A stretch of 64,000 nucleotides of DNA from Penicillus capitatus. Its lineage: Eukaryota > Plantae > Chlorophyta. The notes beneath the pieces were generated by a model. The model had not been told where the DNA came from and did no database searches. It was given only the letters and a program-made list of their open reading frames with translations. Each line of letters begins with the position of its first letter. The stretch's first letter is position 1. Below, in pieces: positions 1 through 10,837 of this stretch. Made by a program: the position numbers and the translations under genes. The stretch spans positions 478,201 to 542,200 of the forward strand of contig OZ287704.1 in NCBI GenBank assembly GCA_965649825.1, in the 5' to 3' direction.

Positions 1-1286
1 CTTTGATTCTACTTTCTCGGTCTCCATCTCGTTCAGTCGCCAAACAGTTCCGTTAATACACTGCTGTCCTCCTCCTACCGCGTGTGGCTGCAGAGTCTGC
101 TCGCCATACGATCACATCCCAAAATTGATAACTGTTCCCTCGCAGATGTCAGCTGACAACACGCTCTAGCGCGGCTCAGAGTGAGTCAGCAAGGCCGACC
201 TTGGTTGAACACAGGAAGTTCTGATCTTCCCCGCGACCTCGATCCGAGTGTGTCCTTGACCATCCGGCAGGACAGTTGTTCGAAACTGCCCTCCTGATCA
301 AACGCAAAGCACATCGCTTGTCCAGGAAACTCGCTGCTGAAGTCCTCAGCCACCTCAGAGTTTGCACCCCGAAGGGTTCGATCTGGAACGCGCACTGCGA
401 AGAGCGAGAGGGATCGGCCGCGGATCGATCTCTTGGGGGTTTGTGTTCAGCGCGCCAGTGATGGATGGATTCGTGAGAGATGCTTCCTTTGGCTTTCCTT
501 CCATGATGTCAGCAATGGTACTTGCACTTGAAACAAACCTGGTAAGTGTTTTTTGGCCAACGTGATGCGAAGCCGAGACTCCGGCCGGATCTCTCACTGC
601 GGAGCCAGTTAACATTCGGGTATGGAACACTGCCATGGTCTTTGGAAGGGCAGATTGTACAGTGAAGTTCGCTGTCTGGCCTAGATGAGCCGAATAGAGT
701 GCATCAAGTATTCTATGTGGACAAATTGCACTTCACGTAGCCAATCAGTGGGCGAAGATGGAGCCGTTAGCCGGAGAACTAGGTTAAGCTTCTGTATTTC
801 TGCGAAACACATCGGCATGAGGGCGCCGCTTCGTCAAACCAGTTGGGCACTCTTTGACAGAGTGGTTTCTTCGGACAACTTATGTACTCATATCCAGCTG
901 TCGTCCTCTGGTGATAAGACAATGTCTAGAGGTTTTTCTCCCAAGGGATTTTGTCGACGCTCGATGATCGAGGACAAGCGGCGTCGAGATGCCACAGTGG
1001 GAACCATCTTCGCCGGTTTTCTCTGTGGCGTTGGCACCGGGTGCCTTCCAAAGGCCAACAGGGATGCAGCAGTGGATCGACGAATTGCCACGTGGGCAAC
1101 CGTTTGTTCCGAGATTGAAGGTCACGGATTTAAATGACAAGTACCCATTTACGGCATTCTGCTCACTCGTCGTTCTGCATTCGTGCATTTCGCAAACTCT
1201 CCTCGAGTCTTGCCGCTTCAAGCGACAGTACACGCGCCGCAAAGGCAAACGAAGCCGTACCTTACTCGCCGACGCACAGTTCGACC

Positions 1287-2930
1287 ATGGTTAGCACGCG
1301 TTCCCAGAAGAGACGAAGAGAGGCGTTCGCGGAACCGTCGCCGAGAAAGAAGCTCAACGCCGAGAAGAACAAGAAGAAGGAGTCTTCCAGACCTTCAGAA
1401 GCCCGACGCCGTGCGCAACCGCACTCCCAGGCTCCGGTAAGCGACCGGTTTCCCTCTCAAGTCCGAAGTCTCTCTTTTCTCGCAGCGACCCGTCCCTCGC
1501 CGTTTGATGGTCTGGGGCGACAATGGGTGTGGCCAAGCCTGGCGCGACGGGAGCAACTCCGCAGACTGGAGTGTCCCATTCGAGCCATTTTCCGAAGAAA
1601 GGCCTCAAGTGAGCGGCAACGTCAGCCCCAATGTCGACGTGCTCATATGCTCCCGTCGACTGCAGGTTCTCAACGCAGCACTCGGCTGCATGCACACGGC
1701 GGTCCAGGTGGATGACCGCAGAATTTACACATCCGGATATAACCGCTACGGACAGGTCGGGTGGCCAACGGAGAACGGAAATCGCCACCGTTCCGACGAG
1801 CACTTCAATTCGCCGAGGACGTTCAGCCCTCTCTTCTGCTGCTCCGCCGAGATGATTGTCCAAATCGTGTGCACATTCTACGCGACCTTCGTGCTGACAA
1901 ACATGGGCTGCGTCTATGGATGGGGGACGTTCCGTGACATCCACGGCAGCAAGGCATTCACCGACGGCGTCGAGACTACCTGTCACAGCGAAGTCGTCTA
2001 CGATGCCCGGCCACGCAACCCCGTTGTGAAGATTGCCGCCGGAGCCAACCACATCGTTGCCGTTTTGAAGGTGAATTTGGATCAAGCAAACAAGTGTGGC
2101 ACTTATGGTGTGCTTGTCTTGCAGAGCGGTCAGGTTCTCTCGTGGGGATCCGGAGATCTCGGCCAACTTGGCCGACCGCCTCAGACCTCGATTCGTGGGG
2201 ATGCGCCAAAGACTCCGGTGGAAGGGCTCACCCCTGCTGCCATGGTCTTCCAAGAGAAGACGGTGATTGTCGACGCGTTCTGCACAGACTTCTGCACATT
2301 CCTAAAGGACACTTCGGGACGCATCTTTGCCTGTGGACTCAACGACTGTGGACAGTTGGCCATTCATCCCGAAGAACTGTCCATCGACAAACTGGCCGAT
2401 GCAAAGGAGAGAATCCGTGCCAACATCGTCGTCACCCAGCCCACGGAGGTCGAAGTCCTCACAGCCTTGAAACTCAGGAAGATCGTCGGCGGAAAAGATC
2501 ACTGTCTCGGCCTGACGGAGGAGGGAGCCGTGTACTCGTGGGGATCCTCCGAGCACGGGGTTCTTGGGCGTCGCGACGCGATGTCGACGATGGCAGGCGG
2601 AAGCATTCTGCCTGATCCTCAGCCGGTCGACCGTTTCCAGGGTCGAGAGATGATCGACATCGCAGCCGGATACGTGAGTTCATGCCGGCTGTACCTGTCT
2701 GCATCTCGACCGTCTCTGTTATGCAGGTTGCCTCTGGAGCCATCGACAGCAACGGAAGCGTGTTCACCTGGGGCAGAAACACCTTCCATCGTCTGGGACA
2801 CCCAGTCGGCGAAGACCATCAAGAACCACTCCCCAGAGAAGTGAAGATTGAGCTGGAGCCGAACTGCAAGCCGACAGATCTTTTCATTGGCATGACGCAT
2901 GCAGCCCTTTTGTTCGATGGTGGACACTAA
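1287..2930 (+). CDS. RCC1-repeat (regulator of chromosome condensation-like beta-propeller) protein, 5 exons
   Basis: ATG 1287 begins a basic N-tail (MVSTRSQKRRR). RCC1 motifs: SGYNRYGQVG, AAGANH, SWGSGDLGQLG, CGLNDCGQL, GGKDHCLGLT, YSWGSSEHGVLG, FTWG. GT-AG introns at 1437-1485, 1609-1665, 2071-2124 and 2674-2726. Stop TAA at 2930. Confidence 0.9.
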
Positions 2931-3404
2931 GTGATCAAACTCTATTTAAACTAGCACACTCATTATCAATAACAGCCTCTATTCTGTTCAAGAGCTCTCG
3001 CGTCGCGAAAAGAAGAAACCATCTACGGAATGTCTGAGATTTCTTTTCTTTCTTTTCTGCGGTTTCATCTCGTTCCTGCGCTGACAGAAGATAAAGGCAT
3101 GATCGTCTGTAAATGAGGCAGAGACAATGACTCTTGTTTTCTGTAAAGAAGGCAGCGTCTTTCATCTTGTCGCAGATCGCCAGAAACGACCTGGATACAG
3201 TGATCTCCATCGGCAATCAGAGAGGAGGGAGGGACGATGTCAAAGCTCATACCCGGGTGCGTCGAAGGATTCAATGGATGGGAGGGACATCAAGTTGGAA
3301 TGTCCAACGGTCCGATATGGCAAGAGTCTCTCCCAGGCGTTGCCTGGTAGTTATAGCTCCGAACGTCGTTGCGACAACGCTTCCGAAGAAGGATGTGCTG
3401 GACG

Positions 3405-4476
3405 CTACTCACGGCGTTCGTTGCGAACCGTCACCAGGATGATAATGAAGACGAAGATCCAAGCAGGGAGTACAGTCACGCAGGCTAATACCCCTCCCCG
3501 AATAACCACTCCAATCAGCCACGGCAGACAAAACAACAAAGTCAAGAACAAACCCACGACGACTTGATTGCGAAACCTCCTGAGAATGATCCAATTCGTG
3601 TCAAGAGAACAGTCGGACTGTTTCACTGGCAAACAAGAACACAAGAACGTATGCGTCTCACGCCTTCCGTCATTCGGCAGGAGATTGTCTGGTGGATTTC
3701 GAATGCGGCATCCGACTGATAGAAAGAAGAAGAGTCCGCAGCCTCCTCCGACGCCAATGCCAATCTCAATGCTGCACCATCCAAGAATGTGCGCAGCGCA
3801 GCGAATCATGAACCTTTCTCGGCATTCCCAGTGCTTGCACAAAAAACGCTCCTCTTTTAAAACACTCGCACACGGAGGACTCGATCGCGAAGCTGGATGA
3901 GATGTTGCCCTTCCGGCGATAGCAATACTCTCCAGTGACGTCCTCTTCCAGACACTGGTACTCCTCGTTCTCAGAGTCGTCTATGGGGCTGTCTTCTCTG
4001 CATGACCACTCTGAACAGTACCTCTGACTTGGGGCCCTCGAGGTGCATGCACAGGTTAGGGATTCCGTGAAAGAAATAGCCACACATTCAATCGACTCTC
4101 GGCCGACCACACACTCGGCATATTCGTCAAAACGCTTTGTCGTGCAATCCCAGTGATCGCAAAAAGGCAGCTCCGTCGGGGCACAAGTGCAATTGCCGTA
4201 TTCCCTTTTCATTCGATTCTCCTCCTGCAACGGCCAGTGGAGACATTGACTGCTCGTGTTTCGGAGACAATGGTAGACTTCCGATTCCGTGTTGCTGGCG
4301 GCGCGGCACAGACCGCCTCTGTAGACACCGGACTCTGTGTAGTATCCGGCCACACGCTTCATGCGATTCCAGGACTGCAGACCTTCGTTCAAATCGTAAG
4401 CTGTCTCATTGGACTCTCCCAGTGCCGCAACAACGAGACAAGCCGCAGTACAGAAGTAGTATACAGATGCACCCAT
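3405..4476 (-). pseudogene. Cys-rich secreted/multi-pass membrane protein of unknown family, copy A (frameshift near 3845; may be a consensus error)
   Basis: ORFs 3766-4476 and 3405-3842 together match the single 369-aa ORF at 26467-27576: signal peptide, RMKR site, C-x(n)-YC-x2-W-x-C repeats and a hydrophobic C-terminus. Confidence 0.8.
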
Positions 4477-7400
4477 GGTTCAAACGTTTGCCCAGTGTTA
4501 AAGAATGCACCGCTGAGATCGACGTCAACCTGGTGCTTTAGAATGCAGGGTCGGAAAGCGGTTGCTGGCGGTTTTTGTCATGACACTCTATGAGCAGCCG
4601 TCAAGCGTTGATGACTGACCGAAGAAGAGGGTCACACTTATTGACAGTGTCGAAGTGCTTCACTTGTAGACAGAGTGAACCGGCGACAATGGTCCAAAAC
4701 CTATTCGATCGACCGTTTTTTGTCGATACTGATCCCGCCACGTATTTTGCCTTCAAATCTCAGCCGTCTGATAAAGAATAGAATAAGGCTTTGACATGTC
4801 ACCAAAGCTCTGTCCCTAGCGCTGCAATGTTTAACAGAGCGCCTTGCAAGTGCTGATATGAGGTAAGACCATCCATCTCATGAGTGCCTGGGACTTGAGC
4901 AAATGGTCGTTTGTCATCGTCATCCATGATTTCGAGCCTCATTGGTGTCGATAGTGCCAGGATGATCACTGGACTGAGACCGAGGACGATCGATGCTGTG
5001 TTTGATGAACAGCGAGGCTTTCAGCGAACCTTTCGTCTGAATATGCGACAGACGGCGTTGAAAATGTCCATCCGACGCCACCGGCTGCGAACTTTGTCTT
5101 CCAGTGCGATTCAGCGGCACGGGCAAAGGGTTCTCACGCACGGCCTATGCTCATTTCATTCCGGATGAGATCCGAGAATTTTTGCCTTTTGATGTTCGGA
5201 CACATTTTGCTAGCACGTCTTTGAAAAAAGAGACACGAGAGTCGCTCTCTGTTTGGAACCAGTTTAAACACCGTCTTGTTTGCAATAAGACTCATGCAGT
5301 GAACTGCTGCCGACACGGATTTACGATGCACATAGATAAACATCTCCATCTCATGGCACACAGCCGTTCCATTCGATGCCGGACACCAAGGAATGCCATG
5401 AATTTCCGGATGCTCTGCGAAGGCCATCGTTCTCTGGTTCGTCGGCGTCGCCACTGATGTACGCATCCTTCGAAGACGTTCTGACTCAAAGGCGACGACG
5501 TGTGTTTATCCATTGAGAAGCTGATGCCGTCCGTGCACACGGCGACGTCTTCGCCAGGGGGAGCGTAGCAGTGAAGGTCGGCCGTTCTGCTCTGCCTTCC
5601 ACGTTTGAGGGAGTTAGGACCACAGACAACTCCGAAACCGATACGCGTTACACCGACGAAAACGCATTCTCGATGGCGTTCGCGATGGAAGCGTCCGAAA
5701 CTGGCGGCCGCCTCGACTGTTTATTTCGTTTGGACAGCGAAGTAAAGAATTTGGAAGCAGCTCAGTGATGCTGTCCTTCCGATGCAGTAGTGACTCCATC
5801 CACATTCTCAACGCAGACAGATGAAACGGATCATGTGATCGATGGGTATCAAGCGACCCAAGGACACACCCAGAAGATAACAGATTATCCATCCTGGTGA
5901 TCAGAAGCGCACTGGATAACGATCGTTGGCATACAGGGCTTCGTCGACGGCAGCCGAAAATGCCGAGAACCGCTGCCGACGACAAGTGGCCTCGGAAGCA
6001 ACAGTATCCAAGTTCAAGCGCTGGGATCTTTGTTTGGTGTCTCTTGGAGGATGCCTTTCTGGGCGATCGCTGTCATCTGATGGCCCTTGTCTCTTTGCAC
6101 TGCAGCACGTTGTGGAACACTTCTGGGATCACCTTTGAACAGTCAATGACTCGACCTGTAACCGGGATTGCTCATCTCTTGTCAAGGCCGCTAGGCAGTA
6201 GCGGTGGGTTTTGTACTCGATCACAGCACAGTTAGCAGTTCTGCTTCTCCAAGGACCATTCATCCTGAGATTGGATAACGGTCGTTGCCTTATGTCAGTC
6301 TCGGTAGCAGCCAACTTTTGAGAGTTTAAAGACATTGTTAAATGTGGCACACAAGGTGCGAAGGTCCAAGTTGACTATGCTACACACCTCAGACTGCATT
6401 TAACCTTGTGAAAGAGTAAGTGATTTTTACCCGCGGCCTCTCATGGATCAGCCATAACCGCCAATTCTGCATCCTCAGAAGTAACATATCTTCACACCCA
6501 GACAGGATAACGGCACACTCCGTTCCATAGCAGGACCTTTGGGTGTCGGCAGCATTCTCAATCGGGACACCTAGCGCTTGCTTATTGCGCGACGGTTTCG
6601 TCGTTGGTGATTACGTCGCCATCGCCAACTGCCTCGCACGGTTGCGACTTCCATTTGCGGTACAAAACCATCGGCGATTCTGCACTGTGTTCCTTTCTTC
6701 GTTTCTTAAGGTTTTTGGACGTTTTTCGGTACGTCCACCCTTTCAGCTGAATCGCTTCCGGTTGCCGCTCTCTTTACGACTTCCACCTACCGACGTCCAA
6801 GACCCTGCTTTTTCGACGCTCTCGCCCTCCGAAGCCATCTGCTCGAGAGGTCGGATGCCGACTCCGACCATTCGGCACTCCGGTTGCGCGAGCCTTCGAC
6901 AATCAGTCGAATCTCTCCTCCTGCCCTCATGGGCATTTTCTTCACACGACCAACCCCACCGGTCGTCCGCGTCATGCAAGTCGCCAGGTGACGAATTCCT
7001 CGCCCTTTACGAATGAAAAGGCATCGACTCGGCACTGTCTAGGTCGCGGGGCACGGAACGGTTGACGTCTGCATTGACAGCGGCAGCGAAGGACGACGCG
7101 TCTGGGAGAATCCAGCGCGAGCCAAGCAGGTCCCAAAATGTCCGCGACGCGATGGACAGGGGACTTTTCAGAAAAAGAACAGTGGAATAGGCACCGACCG
7201 GGTCGTGGTATGGCGCCTGAAGGGGGTCTGACGGTTGACGGACCGCCATGGTAGATGCAGCGGGTTGCCGATCTTTTCTCGGATACCCGTTTTTCGTATC
7301 GCCATGGACGAGATGATCGGTCGGTCCTCCGTCTTGCGTCAAGGCGGTCAAGAAAAACATTTGCGCCGATTCCCCCGGCTGCAAAGAATCCTGTCACTGG

Positions 7401-7511
7401 GAAACGAGGCCAGGCTACCACAGGCAGAACGTCAAGGTATGTCCGTTAGCCACCAAAAACTAATTCGAGTTGCGTTTCTCTGACGACGTTCTTAGGTCTG
7501 AAACCGGATCT

Positions 7512-7811
7512 AGACAGCCGGCACCCGACAGCCGGCCCTCAAGACAGCCGGCACCCGACAGCCGGCCCTCAAGACAGCCGGCACCCGACAGCCGGCCCTC
7601 AAGACAGCCGGCACCCGACAGCCGGCCCTCAAGACAGCCGGCACCCGACAGCCGGCCCTCAAGACAGCCGGCACCCGACAGCCGGCCCTCAAGACAGCCG
7701 GCACCCGACAGCCGGCCCTCAAGACAGCCGGCACCCGACAGCCGGCCCTCAAGACAGCCGGCACCCGACAGCCGGCCCTCAAGACAGCCGGCACCCGACA
7801 GCCGGCACTCA
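7512..7811. repeat. 30-bp tandem repeat x10 (AGACAGCCGGCACCCGACAGCCGGCCCTCA)
   Basis: Nine perfect units plus one variant, read directly; seen as RQPAPDSRPS repeats in ORF 7470-8741. Confidence 0.95.
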
Positions 7812-9370
7812 GAAGCCGGCAACGATGAAGCCGGTGGCCTCGAAGACAGCCGGCGCCCGACAGCCGGCCCTGAAGAAAGCCGGCACCAGACAGCCGGCAC
7901 CCAGAAGCCGGCATCGAAGAAAGCCGGCGGCGAAGAAAGCCGGCACCCAGAAGCAGTCGGCGAAGACAGCCGGCGCCCGACAGCCGGCCCTGAAGAAAGC
8001 CGGCACCAGACAGCCGGCACCCAGAAGCCGGCATCGAAGAAAGCCGGGGGCGAAGAAAGCCGGCACCCAGAAGCAGTCGGCGAAGACAGCCGGCACCGAG
8101 CAGCCGGAACCCAGAAGCCGGCGGCCTCGAAGAAAGCCGGCGGCGAAGGCAGCCGGCACCGAGCAGCCGGAACCCAGAAGCCGTCGGCGAAGAAAGCCGG
8201 CATCGAAACAGCCGGCGGCGAAGACTGCCGTACTCAGAAGCCGGCCTTGAAGACAGCCGGCACCCGACAGCCGGCAACGATGAAGCCGGTGGCCTCGAAG
8301 ACAGATGGCGCCCGACAGCCGGCCCTCAAGACAGCCGGCACCAGACAGCCGGCACCCAGAAGCCGGCGGCGAAGAAAGCCGGCGGCGAAGAAGCCGGCAC
8401 CCAGAAGCAGTCGGCGAAGACAGCCGGCACCGAGCAGCCGGAACCCAGAAGCCGTCGGCGAAGAAAGCCGGCATCGAAACAGCCGGCGGCGAAGACTGCC
8501 GTACTCAGAAGCCGGCGGCGAAGACTGCCGTACTCAGAAGCCGGCCTTGAAGACAGCCGGCACCCGACAGCCGGCAACGATGAAGCCGGTGGCCTCGAAG
8601 ACAGATGGCGCCCGACAGCCGGCCCTCAAGACAGCCGGCACCCAGAAGCCGGCATCGAAGACAGCCGGCCTTGAAGACAGCCGGCACCCGACAGCCGGCA
8701 CCCAGAAGGCGGCAACTAGAAGGCAGCGGCGGCGAAGATAGCCGGCTCTAGAAAGCCGGCGACGAAGCTGCCGGCCTTGAAGACAGCCGGCACCAGACAG
8801 CCGGCATCGAAGACAGCCGGCCCTCAAGACAGCCGGCACCAGACAGCCGGCACCAGACAGCCGGCACCAGACAGCCGGCACCAGACAGCCGGCACCAGAC
8901 AGCCGGCACCAGACAGCCGGCCTTAAAGAAAGCCGGCACCCGACAGCCGGCACCCAGAAGGCGGCAACTAGAAGGCGGCAACTAGAAGGCAGCCGGCAGC
9001 AGACAGCCTGCACCCAGAAGCCGGCATCGAAGACAGCCGGCGGCGAAGAAAGCCGGCCTTGAATAGCTGGCAGCCATGAAGGAAGCCGGCACCCAGAAGC
9101 CGGCGACGAAGCGGCCTGCAGCCACGAAGAAGCCGGCTTCAGACAGCCGGCGACGAAGACAGCCGGCGGAGATATCTGCCGGCACACAACAGCCGGAGGC
9201 GAAGACTGCCGGTACTCAGAAGCCGGCATCAAAGACAGCCGGCGAAGATAACTGCCGGCACCCAACAGCCGCCGGCGAAGACTGCCGGTACTCAGAAGCA
9301 GGCGGCGAAGACAGCCGGCACCCAGAAGGCGGCGGCGGCGAAGACAGCCGGCAACGAAAGAAGAAGAAGT
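7512..9370. repeat. GCCGGC-cored GC-rich satellite, copy A (about 12-20 bp monomers with higher-order units)
   Basis: Continuous ACAGCCGGC/AAGCCGGC monomers with almost no T on the + strand. Sub-arrays: 30 bp x10 (7512-7811), 120 bp x2 (7842-8081), 14 bp x6 (8827-8910). Confidence 0.95.
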
Positions 9371-9760
9371 AAAGCAGCCTCCAGCAGCAGAAGAAGACAA
9401 ACGAAGAACCACGAAGCCTCCAGCAGCAGCAGAAGAACCACGAAGCCTCCAGCAGCAGCAGAAGAACCACGAAGCCTCCAGCAGCAGCAGAAGAACTACA
9501 AAGCCTCCAGCAGCAGAAGAAGAACTACAAAGCCTCCAGCAGCAGCACAAGAACCACGAAGCATCCAGCAGCAGAAGAAGAAGAACCACAAAGCCTCCAG
9601 CAGCAGCAGCAGAACCACAAAGCCTCCAGCAGCAGCAGCAGAAGAAGTAAAGAAGCCTCCAGCAGCAGCAGCAGAAGAAGAAGAAGTAAAGAAGCCTCCA
9701 GCAGCAGCAGAAGAAGAACCACAAAGCCTCCAGCAGCAGCAGCAGAACCACAAAGCCTCC
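9371..9760. repeat. CAG-rich minisatellite (AAGCCTCCAGCAGCAGCAGAAGAA-type units), copy A
   Basis: Repeated AAGCCTCCAGCAGCAG units of variable length directly follow the GCCGGC satellite. Confidence 0.93.
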
Positions 9761-9768
9761 AGTCTGCG

Positions 9769-10837
9769 TTTCAGTTGTTGTGGGAATTTCAATTACCTCC
9801 ACAAACGTAACCGTGTAGCGTTTCTGCAAGTCTCTGTTTCATTTTATCTTTGAGCTTTTGAGAATGCTGGACCTGCACCAACTGGATTATACAATCTTGA
9901 TGATGTAGTATTGAATCGATCACATTCTGTCCTCATATTTTTTCATAAAAAGATTGTGAAGCTGTTTAGGCCATCTTTATGGCTATTGTACAGACACATG
10001 TTATCCTGTTTAGGCCATCTTTGTGGCAATTGTACAGACACATGTTTAAGCTGTTTAGGCCATCTTTGTGGCAACTGTCCAGACACAGTAGACGATGTAG
10101 CTTGCGATAACGAACGCGTCGAAAACGCAGAATAGGACGTCCTTTATGCATCCATTTGCAGGCTGCTAAAGCTGTGTTCGATCGATTCGCTTAAAACCTG
10201 CAGGACTCAGAGGACCACAAAGAAGCTCAGTTGTGTACTACTACCACCCCAATGTCATCTCTTGCTAGCTGTCATTTAGAACTGAAGAAAGAATATCCAA
10301 GACTACAGAAATTTCATGAACGCGTGCGCAGGTTCGGCACTAACCCAGTGTGGAGGAGAGGTTTTTGTCACAGATCGATGCTCCTGAATGCACAAACAGT
10401 TCAAGGACGAACAAGAAAGATCCGTACTTGCCCGTATCATCTCGCAGTACGTTTTGATGTTCGGATAGTCTTTGAAGGTCATCCCAAACCTTGCTAGAAT
10501 CAAGAGCATCGACGCCAACATCGCATCTAGCAAAACGTCGCGTTTTCAGACAGCGCCAATTGCCAAAGATCAGCACCAGCGAGAGTGAATGCGTCTGTTG
10601 CTGCGTGTTTCTGCGCACCCAGATATGTATCCCACAGAGCCATCTCTGCCTGGAAGCACACATGGCTGATCTGATGCTCCAGTCGGTGGATGATACTTTA
10701 GTCTCTTCGATCTGCTGTTGATCATGTTGTTTTCCAGTTCCTCTATGACACGGATTTGAATGCTTCCTGCTGATAAGCAGATCCATAGCCTACCATAAAA
10801 CAAGTGTCGTTTCGCTGCTTTATATCTGTCACAATGG
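9769..10837. repeat. Inverted-duplication arm (reverse complement of 41332-42367)
   Basis: By-eye alignment, e.g. TTTCAGTTGTTGTGGG (9769) vs CCCACAACAACTGAAA (42352) and TCACAATGG (10829) vs CCATTGTGA (41332). Identity is roughly 80-85%. Confidence 0.92.
9962..10088. repeat. 44-45 bp tandem repeat x3
   Basis: CTGTTTAGGCCATCTTT(A/G)TGGC...CAGACACA units start at 9962, 10006 and 10051. Confidence 0.9.

Larger units (their letters stand above)
1..9760. repeat. Segmental duplication, copy A (direct repeat of 54392-64000; probably extends beyond the window's left edge)
   Basis: Position 1 CTTTGATTCTACTTTCTCGG recurs at 54392 (offset ~54391). Collinear near-identity runs to CTTAGG at 7496/61881, then both copies enter the same satellite family. 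The ORF track is duplicated. Confidence 0.97.

Noticed and set aside
1354-2253. Long antisense or overlapping ORFs over real genes (e.g. 1354-2253, 13115-13897, 27142-28023, 45396-46322, 51901-52605)
   Set aside because: They are shadows of GC-rich coding strands with no recognisable motifs.
7460-9829. Long Lys/Arg/Pro/Ala-rich ORFs resembling histone H1 or protamine (also 61882-63522)
   Set aside because: Stops are missing because the + strand lacks T. ORFs occur in all frames on both strands, 14- and 32-bp units break frame, and copies A and B do not conserve a protein.
9962-10088. CRISPR-like array
   Set aside because: Units are contiguous with no unique spacers, the context is eukaryotic, and there are no cas genes. 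The same applies to the 30- and 32-bp arrays.
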